The position numbers were made by a program, and so were the translations under genes. A DNA stretch of 64,000 bases from positions 42,779 through 106,778 of the forward strand of contig CAJUCD010000003.1 in assembly GCA_910585045.1 (NCBI GenBank). The letters run 5' to 3'. The DNA is from an uncultured Bacilli bacterium (GTDB taxonomy: Bacteria > Bacillota_I > Bacilli_A > RF39 > UBA660). Below the pieces are notes generated by a model that was given only the letters and a program-made list of their open reading frames with translations, searched no databases and was not told the DNA's origin. How positions within the stretch are numbered: position 1 is the stretch's first letter; each line of letters begins with the position of its first letter. Positions 1 through 9,255 of this stretch are shown here, one piece after another.

Positions 1-238
1 TTTCTTCTCTTAGGAATAAACTTTCATTATCAATATTAATGTAATCTTCAGCGATATCTTTAAAATGAGCTAAAGCTTCATTAAAATTAAAATAATATTT
101 TTTTCTTTCTTTTATACTAATTATTTCTAAGAGTGTGTAAAAAGCGTTTTTTAAATTTTTAAGAGGAAGTGGGTTAGAATTATTTTTGAAATAAAGTTTT
201 ATTATTTCTAGAAAAAGAATTTCAGAATGTAGTGTCAT
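1..238 (-). CDS. partial hypothetical protein (5' end; start near 238, runs off the window edge). Its N-terminus (MTLHSEILFLEIIKLYF...) is paralogous to the N-terminus of the 507..1784 protein (MPHSDILFIELIRLYV...).
   Basis: Reverse-strand ATG at 236-238 and an open frame to position 1. N-terminal similarity to the neighbouring gene was seen by eye. Confidence 0.4.
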   Translation of the reverse strand, partial: MTLHSEILFLEIIKLYFKNNSNPLPLKNLKNAFYTLLEIISIKERKKYYFNFNEALAHFKDIAEDYINIDNESLFLREE

Positions 239-506
239 TATGATTTCTCCCTTGTAAATTAAAAGTTATTATAGCAAATAAAAAAAGATAATGCAATAGC
301 TCATAATTCTTAGATTTTAAGCGTCATTATCATATTTTTAGATTACTCATGGAATTAAAATGTTTTTCTAAATTAGAAAATTAATAATATTAATCAGGGG
401 TGAGGTTTGTTAATCCTTCTTAATATTATTTAAGGTTGTGAAAAATGTTTTTTTAATCCCCTTATGATATTTTTATTATAACATAGGTTGAATTAAAAAA
501 ATAGGT

Positions 507-1784
507 CTATCTTATTAAATCTAAATTATCATTAAAAATAATGCTGTCTATAATGTCTGTAGAAATTTCATAACCAGGATTTTTATAATAGTTTGGGTTT
601 GCAATTTTATTATTTAGTTGGTCTTTTAAATGGTTATTTCTAGCTATTTTTAAGAAAGTTTTAATAAATATAGCCTTAGTTATGATGTCACTATAAATTT
701 TAGGATTTTTGTCTAGCCTTTGGTTAGAAATATGGATTTCGGGAATAATCTTTTTACAAGTTTGGTATAATTCGTTTTCATAATCTTCTTCAATTTGTTC
801 AGGTAGAATAGGCAAAGGCATATTATCAAGAGTTTTATTATTTAGAAAATATTCTAAACTTTCACCTAATTCAGGAAGAGATAATAGTAAGTATTTTTTT
901 ATTATAATTGTATCTTTTCCCGGAATATTTCCAGTAATTTTAAGAAATTTATTAAGGTATATAATGAATATTGTTAGAAATACTTCAATGATATTTAAAG
1001 TAATTTTTGGTTCTTCTGAAGGTTCATAGTCTTCAAAGAAATCGTTAAGTATCATTTCATTTTTACTACTTTGAGATTCAAAAATTTCATTAGCATAACT
1101 AGCTATAGTACTATAAGTTATGGTTTGCCATTTTTCACTACTGTTAGAAAAAATGATAATCATCCAAGGATAATCCTCAGTATCATTAACTTCTGGCATA
1201 TGTTCTAAATCATACAAATGGGTAATGATATTTATTTTAGTTAAAGTAGCATTATCTATATTATTAAATAAATCTATTAAATAGTCGCGAATTCTTTCTA
1301 AATTCTCTATTAAATCGCTTGAATCATAATTATTTGATTCATTAGAAGCTATAGCTGTTAAAACACTTAAAAGTCTTTTATTAGCATCTAAATATGGAGC
1401 AATAATTGACCTTGGAATATTAATATTTAAAGCTTTGTAAATATCAGTATTGTAAATTAATCTAGATATGTCAAAGTCGATAGTGTTTGGCTTAAGAGAT
1501 TTTAAAATAGTTTCATAAATAATTTCAATATCTTCTGTTATAGTAATATCCTTAGTAGATTCATTAAAAAAATCAGAGTATTTATCTAAAAACTCATTTA
1601 ATTCTTCTTCAAAATCGTAATAAATATCAGAATTTGTTTCTTCTTCTACTATCTCAATTAGAATTGCTAAAGCATTTTCTAAAGCATTTTTGGAAATAGT
1701 ATTTGTGTCATTACTTAAAACATATAATCTTATTAATTCGATAAATAAAATATCGGAATGAGGCATTTCAAATGTCATAAACAA
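507..1784 (-). CDS. hypothetical acidic protein (425 aa); no domain recognised
   Basis: Long ORF with a very acidic, Asn/Ile-rich composition. Tandem paralog of the partial ORF at 1..238. Confidence 0.5.
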   Translation of the reverse strand: MFMTFEMPHSDILFIELIRLYVLSNDTNTISKNALENALAILIEIVEEETNSDIYYDFEEELNEFLDKYSDFFNESTKDITITEDIEIIYETILKSLKPNTIDFDISRLIYNTDIYKALNINIPRSIIAPYLDANKRLLSVLTAIASNESNNYDSSDLIENLERIRDYLIDLFNNIDNATLTKINIITHLYDLEHMPEVNDTEDYPWMIIIFSNSSEKWQTITYSTIASYANEIFESQSSKNEMILNDFFEDYEPSEEPKITLNIIEVFLTIFIIYLNKFLKITGNIPGKDTIIIKKYLLLSLPELGESLEYFLNNKTLDNMPLPILPEQIEEDYENELYQTCKKIIPEIHISNQRLDKNPKIYSDIITKAIFIKTFLKIARNNHLKDQLNNKIANPNYYKNPGYEISTDIIDSIIFNDNLDLIR

Positions 1785-1879
1785 TTCCTTTCTAAATGTT
1801 ACTTATTATATACAATTGTAAAAGATATTGCAATATGATTTGGTCTTATGATATATTTAAAAAGTTAGGAGTAGAAAGT

Positions 1880-4033
1880 ATGGATCAAAATATTATAAAA
1901 AATATATGTTTAGAATTAAGTGTTAAAGAATTTCAGGTAAATAATACCCTTAATTTATTAAGTGAAGGAGCAACGATTCCTTTTATTGCAAGATATAGAA
2001 AGGAAGCGACAGGTAATTTAGATGAAAATCAAATTAGTAAGATTAATGAAGTATATACTTATCAAGTTAATTTATTAAAAAGAAAAGAAGATGTAATTCG
2101 TTTAATAGATGAAAAAGGTTTACTGACTGATGAATTAAGAGAAAGTATTATGGCTGCTTCTAAATTAGTAGAAATAGAAGATTTATATAGACCTTTTAAA
2201 GAAAAAAAGAAAACAAAAGCTACAGAAGCAATTAAGTTAGGTTTAGAACCATTAGCTAAAGAAATTTTTAGAGAAAATAAAAATATTAGAGAAGAAGCGA
2301 AAAAGTATTTAAATGATAAAGTATTAGATATAGATTTTGCTTTGGAACAAGCTAATTATATTGTGGCAGAAAGCATAAGTGATAATGCTAATTTTAGAAA
2401 GTATATTAGAGCTAATACTTTTAAGTTTGGAATATTAAAAACTAGTAAAAAGAAAAAAGCAGAAGATGAAAATCAAGTTTATGAGATGTATTATGATTAT
2501 AGTGAACCAGTTAAGAATGTTAAGCAGCATAGAGTTTTAGCTATTAATCGAGGAGAGAAAGAAGGCGTATTATCTGTTAGTATAGATACTAATAATGAGT
2601 ATTTAGAAAATTATTTAAAAGGAAAATTGATTCATAAAAATAATGAAGATACAACTAAATTATTAGAGTTAGCTATTAAGGATGCTTTAAAAAGATTGAT
2701 TCTTCCAAGTGTGGAAAGAGAAATTAGAAGTGAATTAACAGAAAATGCAGAAGTTTCTGCGATAAGTAATTTTAGTAAGAATTTATATAATTTGCTGATG
2801 CAACCGCCAATTAAAAGTAAAACTGTTTTAGGATTTGATCCAGCATTTAGAACAGGCTGTAAATTAGCTGTAATATCTGGAACAGGTGAAATGGAACATA
2901 TAGATGTTATTTATCCTCATGAACCTAAGAATGAGATAGAGAAATCTAAAGCTAAAATTTTAGATTTAATAAGTAAATATAATGTTGATATAATTGCTAT
3001 TGGAAATGGAACTGCTTCTAGAGAAAGTGAAGCATTTGTAGCTAAAGTTATAAAAGAAGCTACAAGACCAGTTTCTTATATTATTGTAAATGAAGCAGGG
3101 GCTAGTGTTTATTCTGCTAGTAAATTAGCTCAAACAGAATTTCCTACTTTACATGTGGAGGAACGTAGTGCTGTATCAATTGCAAGACGTCTTATTGATC
3201 CATTATCTGAACTAGTTAAAATTGAACCTAAAAGTATTGGTGTAGGTATGTATCAACATGATGTTTCTGAAAAAAAGCTTGACGAAGAATTGACATTTGT
3301 AGTATCTACTGCAGTTAACAGTGTTGGAGTAAATGTAAATACAGCATCTAGAGAGTTGTTAAATTATATTTCTGGAATGAATAAAAAGATGATTGATAAA
3401 TTAATGGAATATAAGAAAAGCTGTGGTAAAATTTTGGAAAGAAAAGAGTTATCTAAAGTTTTTAGTGCAAAAGTTTATGAGCAAGCAATTGGTTTTTTAA
3501 GAATTCCTGATGGTAGTAATATTCTGGATAAAACAGCAATACATCCTGAAAGTTATAATATTGCTTTACAGATTTTAAATTTGTTTAGTTTATCTTTAAG
3601 TGATATAGGAGGTGAAAAGATAGGTAAAGTTTTAGCATCAGTTGATTGTGAAGATTTAGCAAATAAACTTAATTCAGATCCTTATACTGTCGAAGATATT
3701 ATTAAATGTTTTATTTCGCCACTTAGAGATCCACGCGATTCTATAAAAGCTCCAATTTTAAAAAGTGATATTTTAACGTTAGAAGATTTGAGTATTGGAA
3801 TGGAACTCGAAGGAGTAGTTAGAAATGTTATTGATTTTGGAGCATTTATAGATATAGGCCTTAAAAATGATGGTTTAGTGCATATTTCGCAAATAAGTGA
3901 GGATTATATAAAGCATCCTAATGAAGTGTTAAATGTAGGGGATATAGTAAAATGTTATGTTTTAGATATCAATACAGAAAAAAAGAAGGTTGCCTTAACA
4001 CTTATTGCCAATAATGTTAAAATAATAAAATAA
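1880..4033 (+). CDS. tex: transcription accessory protein Tex (YqgF/RNase H-like, HhH and C-terminal S1 domains)
   Basis: Conserved Tex N-terminus (IPFIARYRKEATGNLDE) and a C-terminal S1 domain (GMELEGVVRNVIDFGAFIDIG...DGLVHISQI). The likely true start is the ATG at 1880 preceded by AGGAG; the track start at 1796 is a leader extension. Confidence 0.9.
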   Translation: MDQNIIKNICLELSVKEFQVNNTLNLLSEGATIPFIARYRKEATGNLDENQISKINEVYTYQVNLLKRKEDVIRLIDEKGLLTDELRESIMAASKLVEIEDLYRPFKEKKKTKATEAIKLGLEPLAKEIFRENKNIREEAKKYLNDKVLDIDFALEQANYIVAESISDNANFRKYIRANTFKFGILKTSKKKKAEDENQVYEMYYDYSEPVKNVKQHRVLAINRGEKEGVLSVSIDTNNEYLENYLKGKLIHKNNEDTTKLLELAIKDALKRLILPSVEREIRSELTENAEVSAISNFSKNLYNLLMQPPIKSKTVLGFDPAFRTGCKLAVISGTGEMEHIDVIYPHEPKNEIEKSKAKILDLISKYNVDIIAIGNGTASRESEAFVAKVIKEATRPVSYIIVNEAGASVYSASKLAQTEFPTLHVEERSAVSIARRLIDPLSELVKIEPKSIGVGMYQHDVSEKKLDEELTFVVSTAVNSVGVNVNTASRELLNYISGMNKKMIDKLMEYKKSCGKILERKELSKVFSAKVYEQAIGFLRIPDGSNILDKTAIHPESYNIALQILNLFSLSLSDIGGEKIGKVLASVDCEDLANKLNSDPYTVEDIIKCFISPLRDPRDSIKAPILKSDILTLEDLSIGMELEGVVRNVIDFGAFIDIGLKNDGLVHISQISEDYIKHPNEVLNVGDIVKCYVLDINTEKKKVALTLIANNVKIIK

Positions 4034-4048
4034 ATTGTATAAAAAGTG

Positions 4049-4077
4049 TTGCATAAACCTTTTTTTTCTGATATGAT
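4049..4077 (+). promoter_or_regulatory. sigma-A-like promoter for the tasA-like operon: TTGCAT, 17-nt spacer, TATGAT
   Basis: -35 TTGCAT at 4049-4054, 17-nt spacer, -10 TATGAT at 4072-4077. It sits about 25 nt upstream of the RBS AAAGGAGG. Confidence 0.35.
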
Positions 4078-4101
4078 TTTTACAGTAAAGGAGGTCAAAC
4101 C

Positions 4102-4791
4102 ATGGAAAAGAAAAATACAGTTCTATTAACAGTTATTGCAGTAGCAACATTATTAGTTGCAGTAGTAGGAGCTACATTTGCGTACTTTACTGCTACAAAT
4201 GGTACAACAGGTGATGCAACTGGTACTACTGATGTAAAAACTGCTGAATCTGTTGCTGGTGTAACATTAAATTTTGGTAAAGTTAATCCTAGTTCTAATG
4301 TTGTTTATCCAGGTACTATGAATTATATTGGAGCTACAGTTGCTGCAGAATTAGAAGCTGGAAAAACAGGAACTTATAATTCAACTTATACTTTAAACGG
4401 AAGTGTAACTTTATCTGAAGCTTTTGTTTTTGAAGTTAATTATAGTTTATATGAAACTTCTACTCCATTAGCTGAAGGACAAACACCAGTTACTTGTGAT
4501 CCAGTTGCCAATAAAGGTACTGCTACAGAGATTAAATATTCTCAATCTTGTACAGTTAATGCTGGTTTAGGAACTAAGATTGATTCTGCTAGTGGTACAA
4601 TAGCTGCTGGTGATACTACTGCTACAATTGCTTTTAGTGGCAATGTAAATACTGGTTCGACTAAGTATTATTATTTAGTAGTAGAGTATCCAGAAAAAGA
4701 TGTAGATCAAAATGCTGATGCTGGTAATAAAACTATTACTCTAGCTATTGATTCTGTTGTTCCAGTTGGAAGTACTCCTGTTAATCAATAA
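4102..4791 (+). CDS. TasA/camelysin-like secreted fibre protein with SipW-cognate signal peptide
   Basis: N-terminus MEKKNTVLLTVIAVATLLVAVVGATFAYFTATNG matches the SipW-cognate signal class (hydrophobic stretch followed by AYF[ST]). Strong RBS AAAGGAGG. Thr/Gly-rich beta-type composition. Shares the motif TKYYYLVVEYPEKDVDQ with the protein at 14523. Confidence 0.7.
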   Translation: MEKKNTVLLTVIAVATLLVAVVGATFAYFTATNGTTGDATGTTDVKTAESVAGVTLNFGKVNPSSNVVYPGTMNYIGATVAAELEAGKTGTYNSTYTLNGSVTLSEAFVFEVNYSLYETSTPLAEGQTPVTCDPVANKGTATEIKYSQSCTVNAGLGTKIDSASGTIAAGDTTATIAFSGNVNTGSTKYYYLVVEYPEKDVDQNADAGNKTITLAIDSVVPVGSTPVNQ

Positions 4792-4812
4792 GATATTGAA
4801 TAGCAAAATTGA

Positions 4813-4839
4813 AAATCTATCAAATGATAGATTTTTTTT
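4813..4839 (+). terminator. rho-independent terminator (AAATCTATC-aaat-GATAGATTT + T-run)
   Basis: Perfect 9-bp stem followed by TTTTT, seen directly after the stop codon. Confidence 0.5.
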
Positions 4840-4926
4840 GTAGAACTAATACTAAATATCTTGAAATATGTCGAATTGTTTGGTAATATAAAAGTATAGT
4901 ATATATAATAGTTGTGGAGGCGTATT

Positions 4927-5526
4927 ATGAAGTTACATTCTAGTGAGAAGACAATTTTGTTAGCGATTGTTGTGTGTGTGTTGTTAATTTCTGGGGGATA
5001 TTCTTTTGCGTATTTTGTTAGTAATGGAGCTAATGTTACAGGTGAAGGAGGATCAACTAATATAAGTACTGCTAAGCTTATTAATGTTAAGTATGATGCT
5101 GGTTCTAGTAGTATTTCACTTGCAAATGCTTTACCAGGAGTAAAGTCAAGTAAGAATTTTAATATTACAGTAACTCCTATTGAGTCACAAAATACTGCTA
5201 ATTATACAATTAAATTGGTTATTAATTCTAATACTTTTGTTAAATGTACAGATGCTAATTATAATGCTAATAGTAATGCTTGTGTTAAAGATAGTGAAGA
5301 ACTTGTTTATACTTTGACTGATAGTGAAGGTGGAGTTTTTACAGGAGATATTACAGGAAAAACTGGTGAGATAGTATTGTTAAATGAAAGAAAAACAACT
5401 GCAGTAGAAGAAGTTTATAATTATACTTTAGAAGTAAGTTATAAGAATACAGGTGCGGATCAAAATCATAATTTTAATAAGACTTTAGAAGCTTTATTAA
5501 AAGTAGAACCTACAAAGGAAAATTAG
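4927..5526 (+). CDS. second SipW-cognate secreted protein (TasA-like paralog, about 200 aa)
   Basis: N-terminal TM segment followed by GGYSFAYFVSNGANVTGEGG, the same signal class. RBS GGAGG at 4916-4920. Start chosen at the ATG at 4927 (MKLHSSEK). Confidence 0.6.
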   Translation: MKLHSSEKTILLAIVVCVLLISGGYSFAYFVSNGANVTGEGGSTNISTAKLINVKYDAGSSSISLANALPGVKSSKNFNITVTPIESQNTANYTIKLVINSNTFVKCTDANYNANSNACVKDSEELVYTLTDSEGGVFTGDITGKTGEIVLLNERKTTAVEEVYNYTLEVSYKNTGADQNHNFNKTLEALLKVEPTKEN

Positions 5527-5634
5527 AAGCGATTATTTTCGCTTTTTTTATTTATTTGGAAGATATTTTACTATTTTATTATTGCGAATAAGAGCGCATT
5601 GTGTTATACTTTTTAATAGTAGGGAGTGTCAGTT

Positions 5635-8400
5635 ATGGATGATATGAATTTACAAGAACAGTATGCAATACTAGAAAAAGAAAGGGAAGAAGATAAAAGA
5701 AAAACTATTATAATTATAATTTTATGTATTTTAATTATATTAATTACCCTATTAGGATTGTATTTTGCTTATTCTAATGTTGGTAAAACTTGTACTTTGA
5801 ATTGTGATACCAATGGTGATGGAATTCCTGATACTAACTTAGATATTGATGGTGATGGAATTTGTGATATTAATTGCTTGGTTACTGGTAAAGATGGCAA
5901 GGAATATATGATAAATATTGATTACAATGGTGATAGAAAAGCACATTTTAATGTTGATACTGATGGTGATGGAATTCCTGATGTTAACTTAGTTAATAAA
6001 GATATTAATGGTGATGGAATTTGTGATTTTAACTGTGATATTGATGGTGATGGAAGGCCAGATATTAATATTGATTTAGATAACACTAATACATGTGATT
6101 TAAATTGCGATACCAATGGTGATGGCAAACCAGATATTAATATTGATACTAATGGAGATGGTAAATGCGATCTTAACTGTGATACTACGGGAGATGGAAG
6201 ACCAAATATAAACATTGATACCAATGGTGATGGAAAATGTGATCTTAACTGTGATACTAATGGAGATGGCAAACCAGATATTAATATTGATATTGATGGT
6301 GATAAAAAACCAGATATTAATATTGATATCAATGGAGATGGTAAACCAGACATAAATATTGATACTGATGGTGATGGCAAACCAGATATAAATATTGATT
6401 ATGATGGTGATGGAAAATGTGATTTCAACTGCGATACTAATGGTGATGGCAAACCAGATGATAATCTTATGAATCAAGATACCAATGGCGATGGTAAATG
6501 CGATCTTAACTGTGATACAAATGGCAATGGTAAACCAGATATTAATATTGATACTAATGGTGATGGCAAACCAGACATAAATGTTGATACTAATGGTGAT
6601 GGTAAACCAGATATAAATATTGATGTTGATAAAGATAAAAAACCAGATATAAATGTTGATACCAATGGCGATGGTAAACCAGATGATAATCTTATGAATC
6701 AAGACACAAACGGTGATGGAAAATGTGATTTCAACTGCGATACTAATGGAGATGGTTTCCCAGATATAAATATTGATATTGATGGTGATGGCAAATGCGA
6801 CCTTAACTGTGACACAGATGGTGATGGCAAATGTGATGTTAACTGCGATACTAATGGCGATGGTAAACCAGATATTAATATAGATGAAACTGGCGATGGC
6901 AAATGTGACATCAATTGTGATACTAATGGTGATGGCAAATGTGATGTTAACTGTGATACAGATAGTGATGGCAAATGTGATGTTAATTGTGACACCAATG
7001 GCGATGGTAAACCAGATATAAATATTGATACCAATGGTGATGGCAAATGTGATTTCAACTGCGACACAGATGGTGATGGTAAACCAGATGATAATCTTAT
7101 GAATCAAGATACAGATGGTGATGGTAAATGTGATCTTAACTGTGATACTAATGGAGATGGAAAGCCAGATATAAATATTGATAATAACGGTGACGGAAAG
7201 CCAGATACTAATATTGATACTAATGGTGATGGCAAACCAGATATTAATATTGATGTTGATAAAGATGGTAGACCAGATGTTAATATAGACACAGATGGTG
7301 ATAAAAAACCAGATGATAATCTTATGAATCAAGATACCAATGGCGATGGCAAATGTGATCTTAACTGTGACACAGATGGTGATGGGTTCCCAGATATAAA
7401 TATTGATATAGATGGCGATAAAGTTTGCGATTTAAATTGCGATAATGATGGCGATGGAAAATGTGATCTTAACTGTGATACAGATGGTGATGGCAAACCA
7501 GATACTAATATTGATACAGATGGCGATGGAAAGCCAGATAAAGATATAGATAAAGATGGTGACGGCAAACCAGATACTAATGTGGATAAAGATGGCGATG
7601 GTAATTGTGATTTAAATTGTGATGTTGATAAAGATGGTGTATGTGATTATAATTGTGACACCAATGGTGATGGAATTTGTGATTATAATTGTACAACTAC
7701 TTTTGAAAAGAATGCTAATTTAAAATCATTAACTATAAATAATTATGCTTTAAGTCCAGTATTTAATGAAAACATTACTAGCTATACAATAAGAGTTGGT
7801 TATAATACAAATAAAGTTAATATTAAAGCTGTTCCTGCTAATCCTAAAGCTACAGTGACTGGTGATGGAGAAGTAGTTCTTACAGGTAGTACAACATATA
7901 CTTCAGTAGTTGTAACTGCAGAGGATGGTACTAAGAAAACATATAATATAACAATTATTAAGAGTGATAAACCTGGTACTTCTGAGGGTGGAGACGATAA
8001 TGATAAAGTTGAAATTGAAAATGGTTCTTTAATTGTTAATTATACAAAAGATATTAATGTTAATAATATTTATCCAAAATGGAGAGGTTCTCAAACATTT
8101 ACAATAACTAATAAATCTAAGTCAACTGTAACTTATAATATTAATTTGAAAAATGTTATAAATACATTTAATAGTGATGACTTTAAATATACTTTATTTA
8201 AGGATAATGTGGTTTTAGTTAAACAAACTCCTGCTCCTAGAAAAGATGGCTCTATATATCAAAACTTAGTTCTTGCAGCTGGTGAATCTGCTACATTTGA
8301 ATTAAGATTTGAGTTTGTAGAAACTGGAAAGCCACAAGATGCTGATATAGGAGTACGTTATTCTTCTAAAGTAGAAATTAGTATTGTGTCTGTAAATTAA
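5635..8400 (+). CDS. large secreted repeat protein. It has a SipW-type signal anchor, about 45 tandem acidic Ca-binding-type repeats (DxNGDGKPDINID / CDLNCD, resembling thrombospondin type-3 repeats), and a C-terminal cadherin-like Ig/beta-sandwich region.
   Basis: Protein reads ...LLGLYFAYSNVGKTCTLNCDTNGDGIPD..., then dozens of DTNGDGKPDINID and CDLNCD units, ending in ...NANLKSLTINNYALSPVFNENITSYTIRVGYNT... (cadherin-like). RBS AGGGAG at 5621-5626. The ATG at 5635 is the likely start; the track used a GTG at 5626. Confidence 0.8.
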   Translation: MDDMNLQEQYAILEKEREEDKRKTIIIIILCILIILITLLGLYFAYSNVGKTCTLNCDTNGDGIPDTNLDIDGDGICDINCLVTGKDGKEYMINIDYNGDRKAHFNVDTDGDGIPDVNLVNKDINGDGICDFNCDIDGDGRPDINIDLDNTNTCDLNCDTNGDGKPDINIDTNGDGKCDLNCDTTGDGRPNINIDTNGDGKCDLNCDTNGDGKPDINIDIDGDKKPDINIDINGDGKPDINIDTDGDGKPDINIDYDGDGKCDFNCDTNGDGKPDDNLMNQDTNGDGKCDLNCDTNGNGKPDINIDTNGDGKPDINVDTNGDGKPDINIDVDKDKKPDINVDTNGDGKPDDNLMNQDTNGDGKCDFNCDTNGDGFPDINIDIDGDGKCDLNCDTDGDGKCDVNCDTNGDGKPDINIDETGDGKCDINCDTNGDGKCDVNCDTDSDGKCDVNCDTNGDGKPDINIDTNGDGKCDFNCDTDGDGKPDDNLMNQDTDGDGKCDLNCDTNGDGKPDINIDNNGDGKPDTNIDTNGDGKPDINIDVDKDGRPDVNIDTDGDKKPDDNLMNQDTNGDGKCDLNCDTDGDGFPDINIDIDGDKVCDLNCDNDGDGKCDLNCDTDGDGKPDTNIDTDGDGKPDKDIDKDGDGKPDTNVDKDGDGNCDLNCDVDKDGVCDYNCDTNGDGICDYNCTTTFEKNANLKSLTINNYALSPVFNENITSYTIRVGYNTNKVNIKAVPANPKATVTGDGEVVLTGSTTYTSVVVTAEDGTKKTYNITIIKSDKPGTSEGGDDNDKVEIENGSLIVNYTKDINVNNIYPKWRGSQTFTITNKSKSTVTYNINLKNVINTFNSDDFKYTLFKDNVVLVKQTPAPRKDGSIYQNLVLAAGESATFELRFEFVETGKPQDADIGVRYSSKVEISIVSVN
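5790..7700 (+). repeat. in-frame coding tandem repeats (39-54 nt units) encoding D-x-[ND]-G-D-G-K-[PC]-D loops
   Basis: Highly periodic ggtgatgg(c/t)aaaccagat / tgtgat(c/t)ttaactgtgat units are visible in the DNA. Confidence 0.8.
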
Positions 8401-8422
8401 GCTACTACAAGTAGCTTTTTTT
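8400..8422 (+). terminator. rho-independent terminator (AGCTACT-aca-AGTAGCT + T7)
   Basis: Perfect 7-bp stem immediately after the stop codon. Confidence 0.5.
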
Positions 8423-8499
8423 CATTTAGAAAATCACTAAATTTACTTGTAATTTGTCTAGTTATAAGCTATAATATTTGTAGAATAGGAGGGGCCTTT

Positions 8500-9255
8500 G
8501 TGAAAGCACAAAGTAGTTTGTCAGCTAATAAATTTTTGAAAGTGTTTGGAAAAATTGTTTCTTGGGCCCTTTTCATTGTACTTGTAGTAGCGGCTGTCTT
8601 TTTATTATATTATTATATTGCTACAAAAATATATACCGCTAAAGGTCCAGGTTATGAGCCTAAATTTTCTATTTATACAATAATAAGTGGATCTATGGAG
8701 CCTAATATAAAGGTTTATGATACTGTAATTAATGAACGTATTGACAATCCTAATGATATTGTTGTAGGTGATGTTATAACTTTTATATCTACAAGTTTAT
8801 TGTCGCCTGGGACGACTATAACGCACCGTGTTATTGCTCTTACAACAGATGAAAATGGTAATATTTGTTATCAAACTAAAGGAGATAATAATGCAGTGGC
8901 AGATCAAGCTTGCGCTAAATTTCATAACGTTTTAGGTAAGGTTATTCTTAAAATACCACAATTAGGTAGGGTTCAATTCTTTTTGGCCTCAAAAGCTGGA
9001 TGGTTATTATGTATTTTAATTCCTGCTTTAATTATTATTGGTAGAGATATTATGCGAATTACTAAATTGACTGCAATTAAGAAAACTACTCAAAAAATTA
9101 ATGATAAAGAGAAAAAAGATCCTAAAAAGATAGTTTTTGAACAGGGTAGAAAAGAAAATTTAAAAAGAAAATTGTTAAATGATGTTAATGAGTCTAAATA
9201 TTATTATGAAGATCCAAAAGTGATTGAAATTGATAGACAAAAGAAAAGGAAATAG
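8500..9255 (+). CDS. sipW: signal peptidase I, SipW/archaeal-eukaryal S26 type, with a Lys-rich C-terminal tail
   Basis: N-terminal TM segment, the catalytic box IISGSMEPNIKVYDTVI (SGSMEP), and a second conserved block GDNNAVADQ. GTG start after AGGAGG. Confidence 0.75.
   Translation: MKAQSSLSANKFLKVFGKIVSWALFIVLVVAAVFLLYYYIATKIYTAKGPGYEPKFSIYTIISGSMEPNIKVYDTVINERIDNPNDIVVGDVITFISTSLLSPGTTITHRVIALTTDENGNICYQTKGDNNAVADQACAKFHNVLGKVILKIPQLGRVQFFLASKAGWLLCILIPALIIIGRDIMRITKLTAIKKTTQKINDKEKKDPKKIVFEQGRKENLKRKLLNDVNESKYYYEDPKVIEIDRQKKRK

Noticed and set aside
5626-5634. Track start codon (GTG at 5626) for the giant repeat protein
   Set aside because: The AGGGAG RBS at 5621-5626 overlaps that GTG; the ATG at 5635 has proper spacing and is the more plausible start.
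5922-7568. Six minus-strand ORFs (5922..6380, 6100..7332, 6474..6665, 6699..7067, 7104..7292, 7329..7568) encoding Ser/Pro/Leu- or Ile-rich repetitive peptides
   Set aside because: They lie antisense to the giant repeat gene and simply mirror its periodic codon structure (GAT GGT GAT GGC AAA CCA read backwards). No RBS, and they overlap each other; they are artefacts of low-complexity repeats.
5790-7700. Possible CRISPR array, given the strict short-period DNA repetition
   Set aside because: Repeats are in-frame coding units of variable length (39-54 nt) with no unique spacers and encode a continuous protein with signal peptide and C-terminal domains. No cas genes are present.
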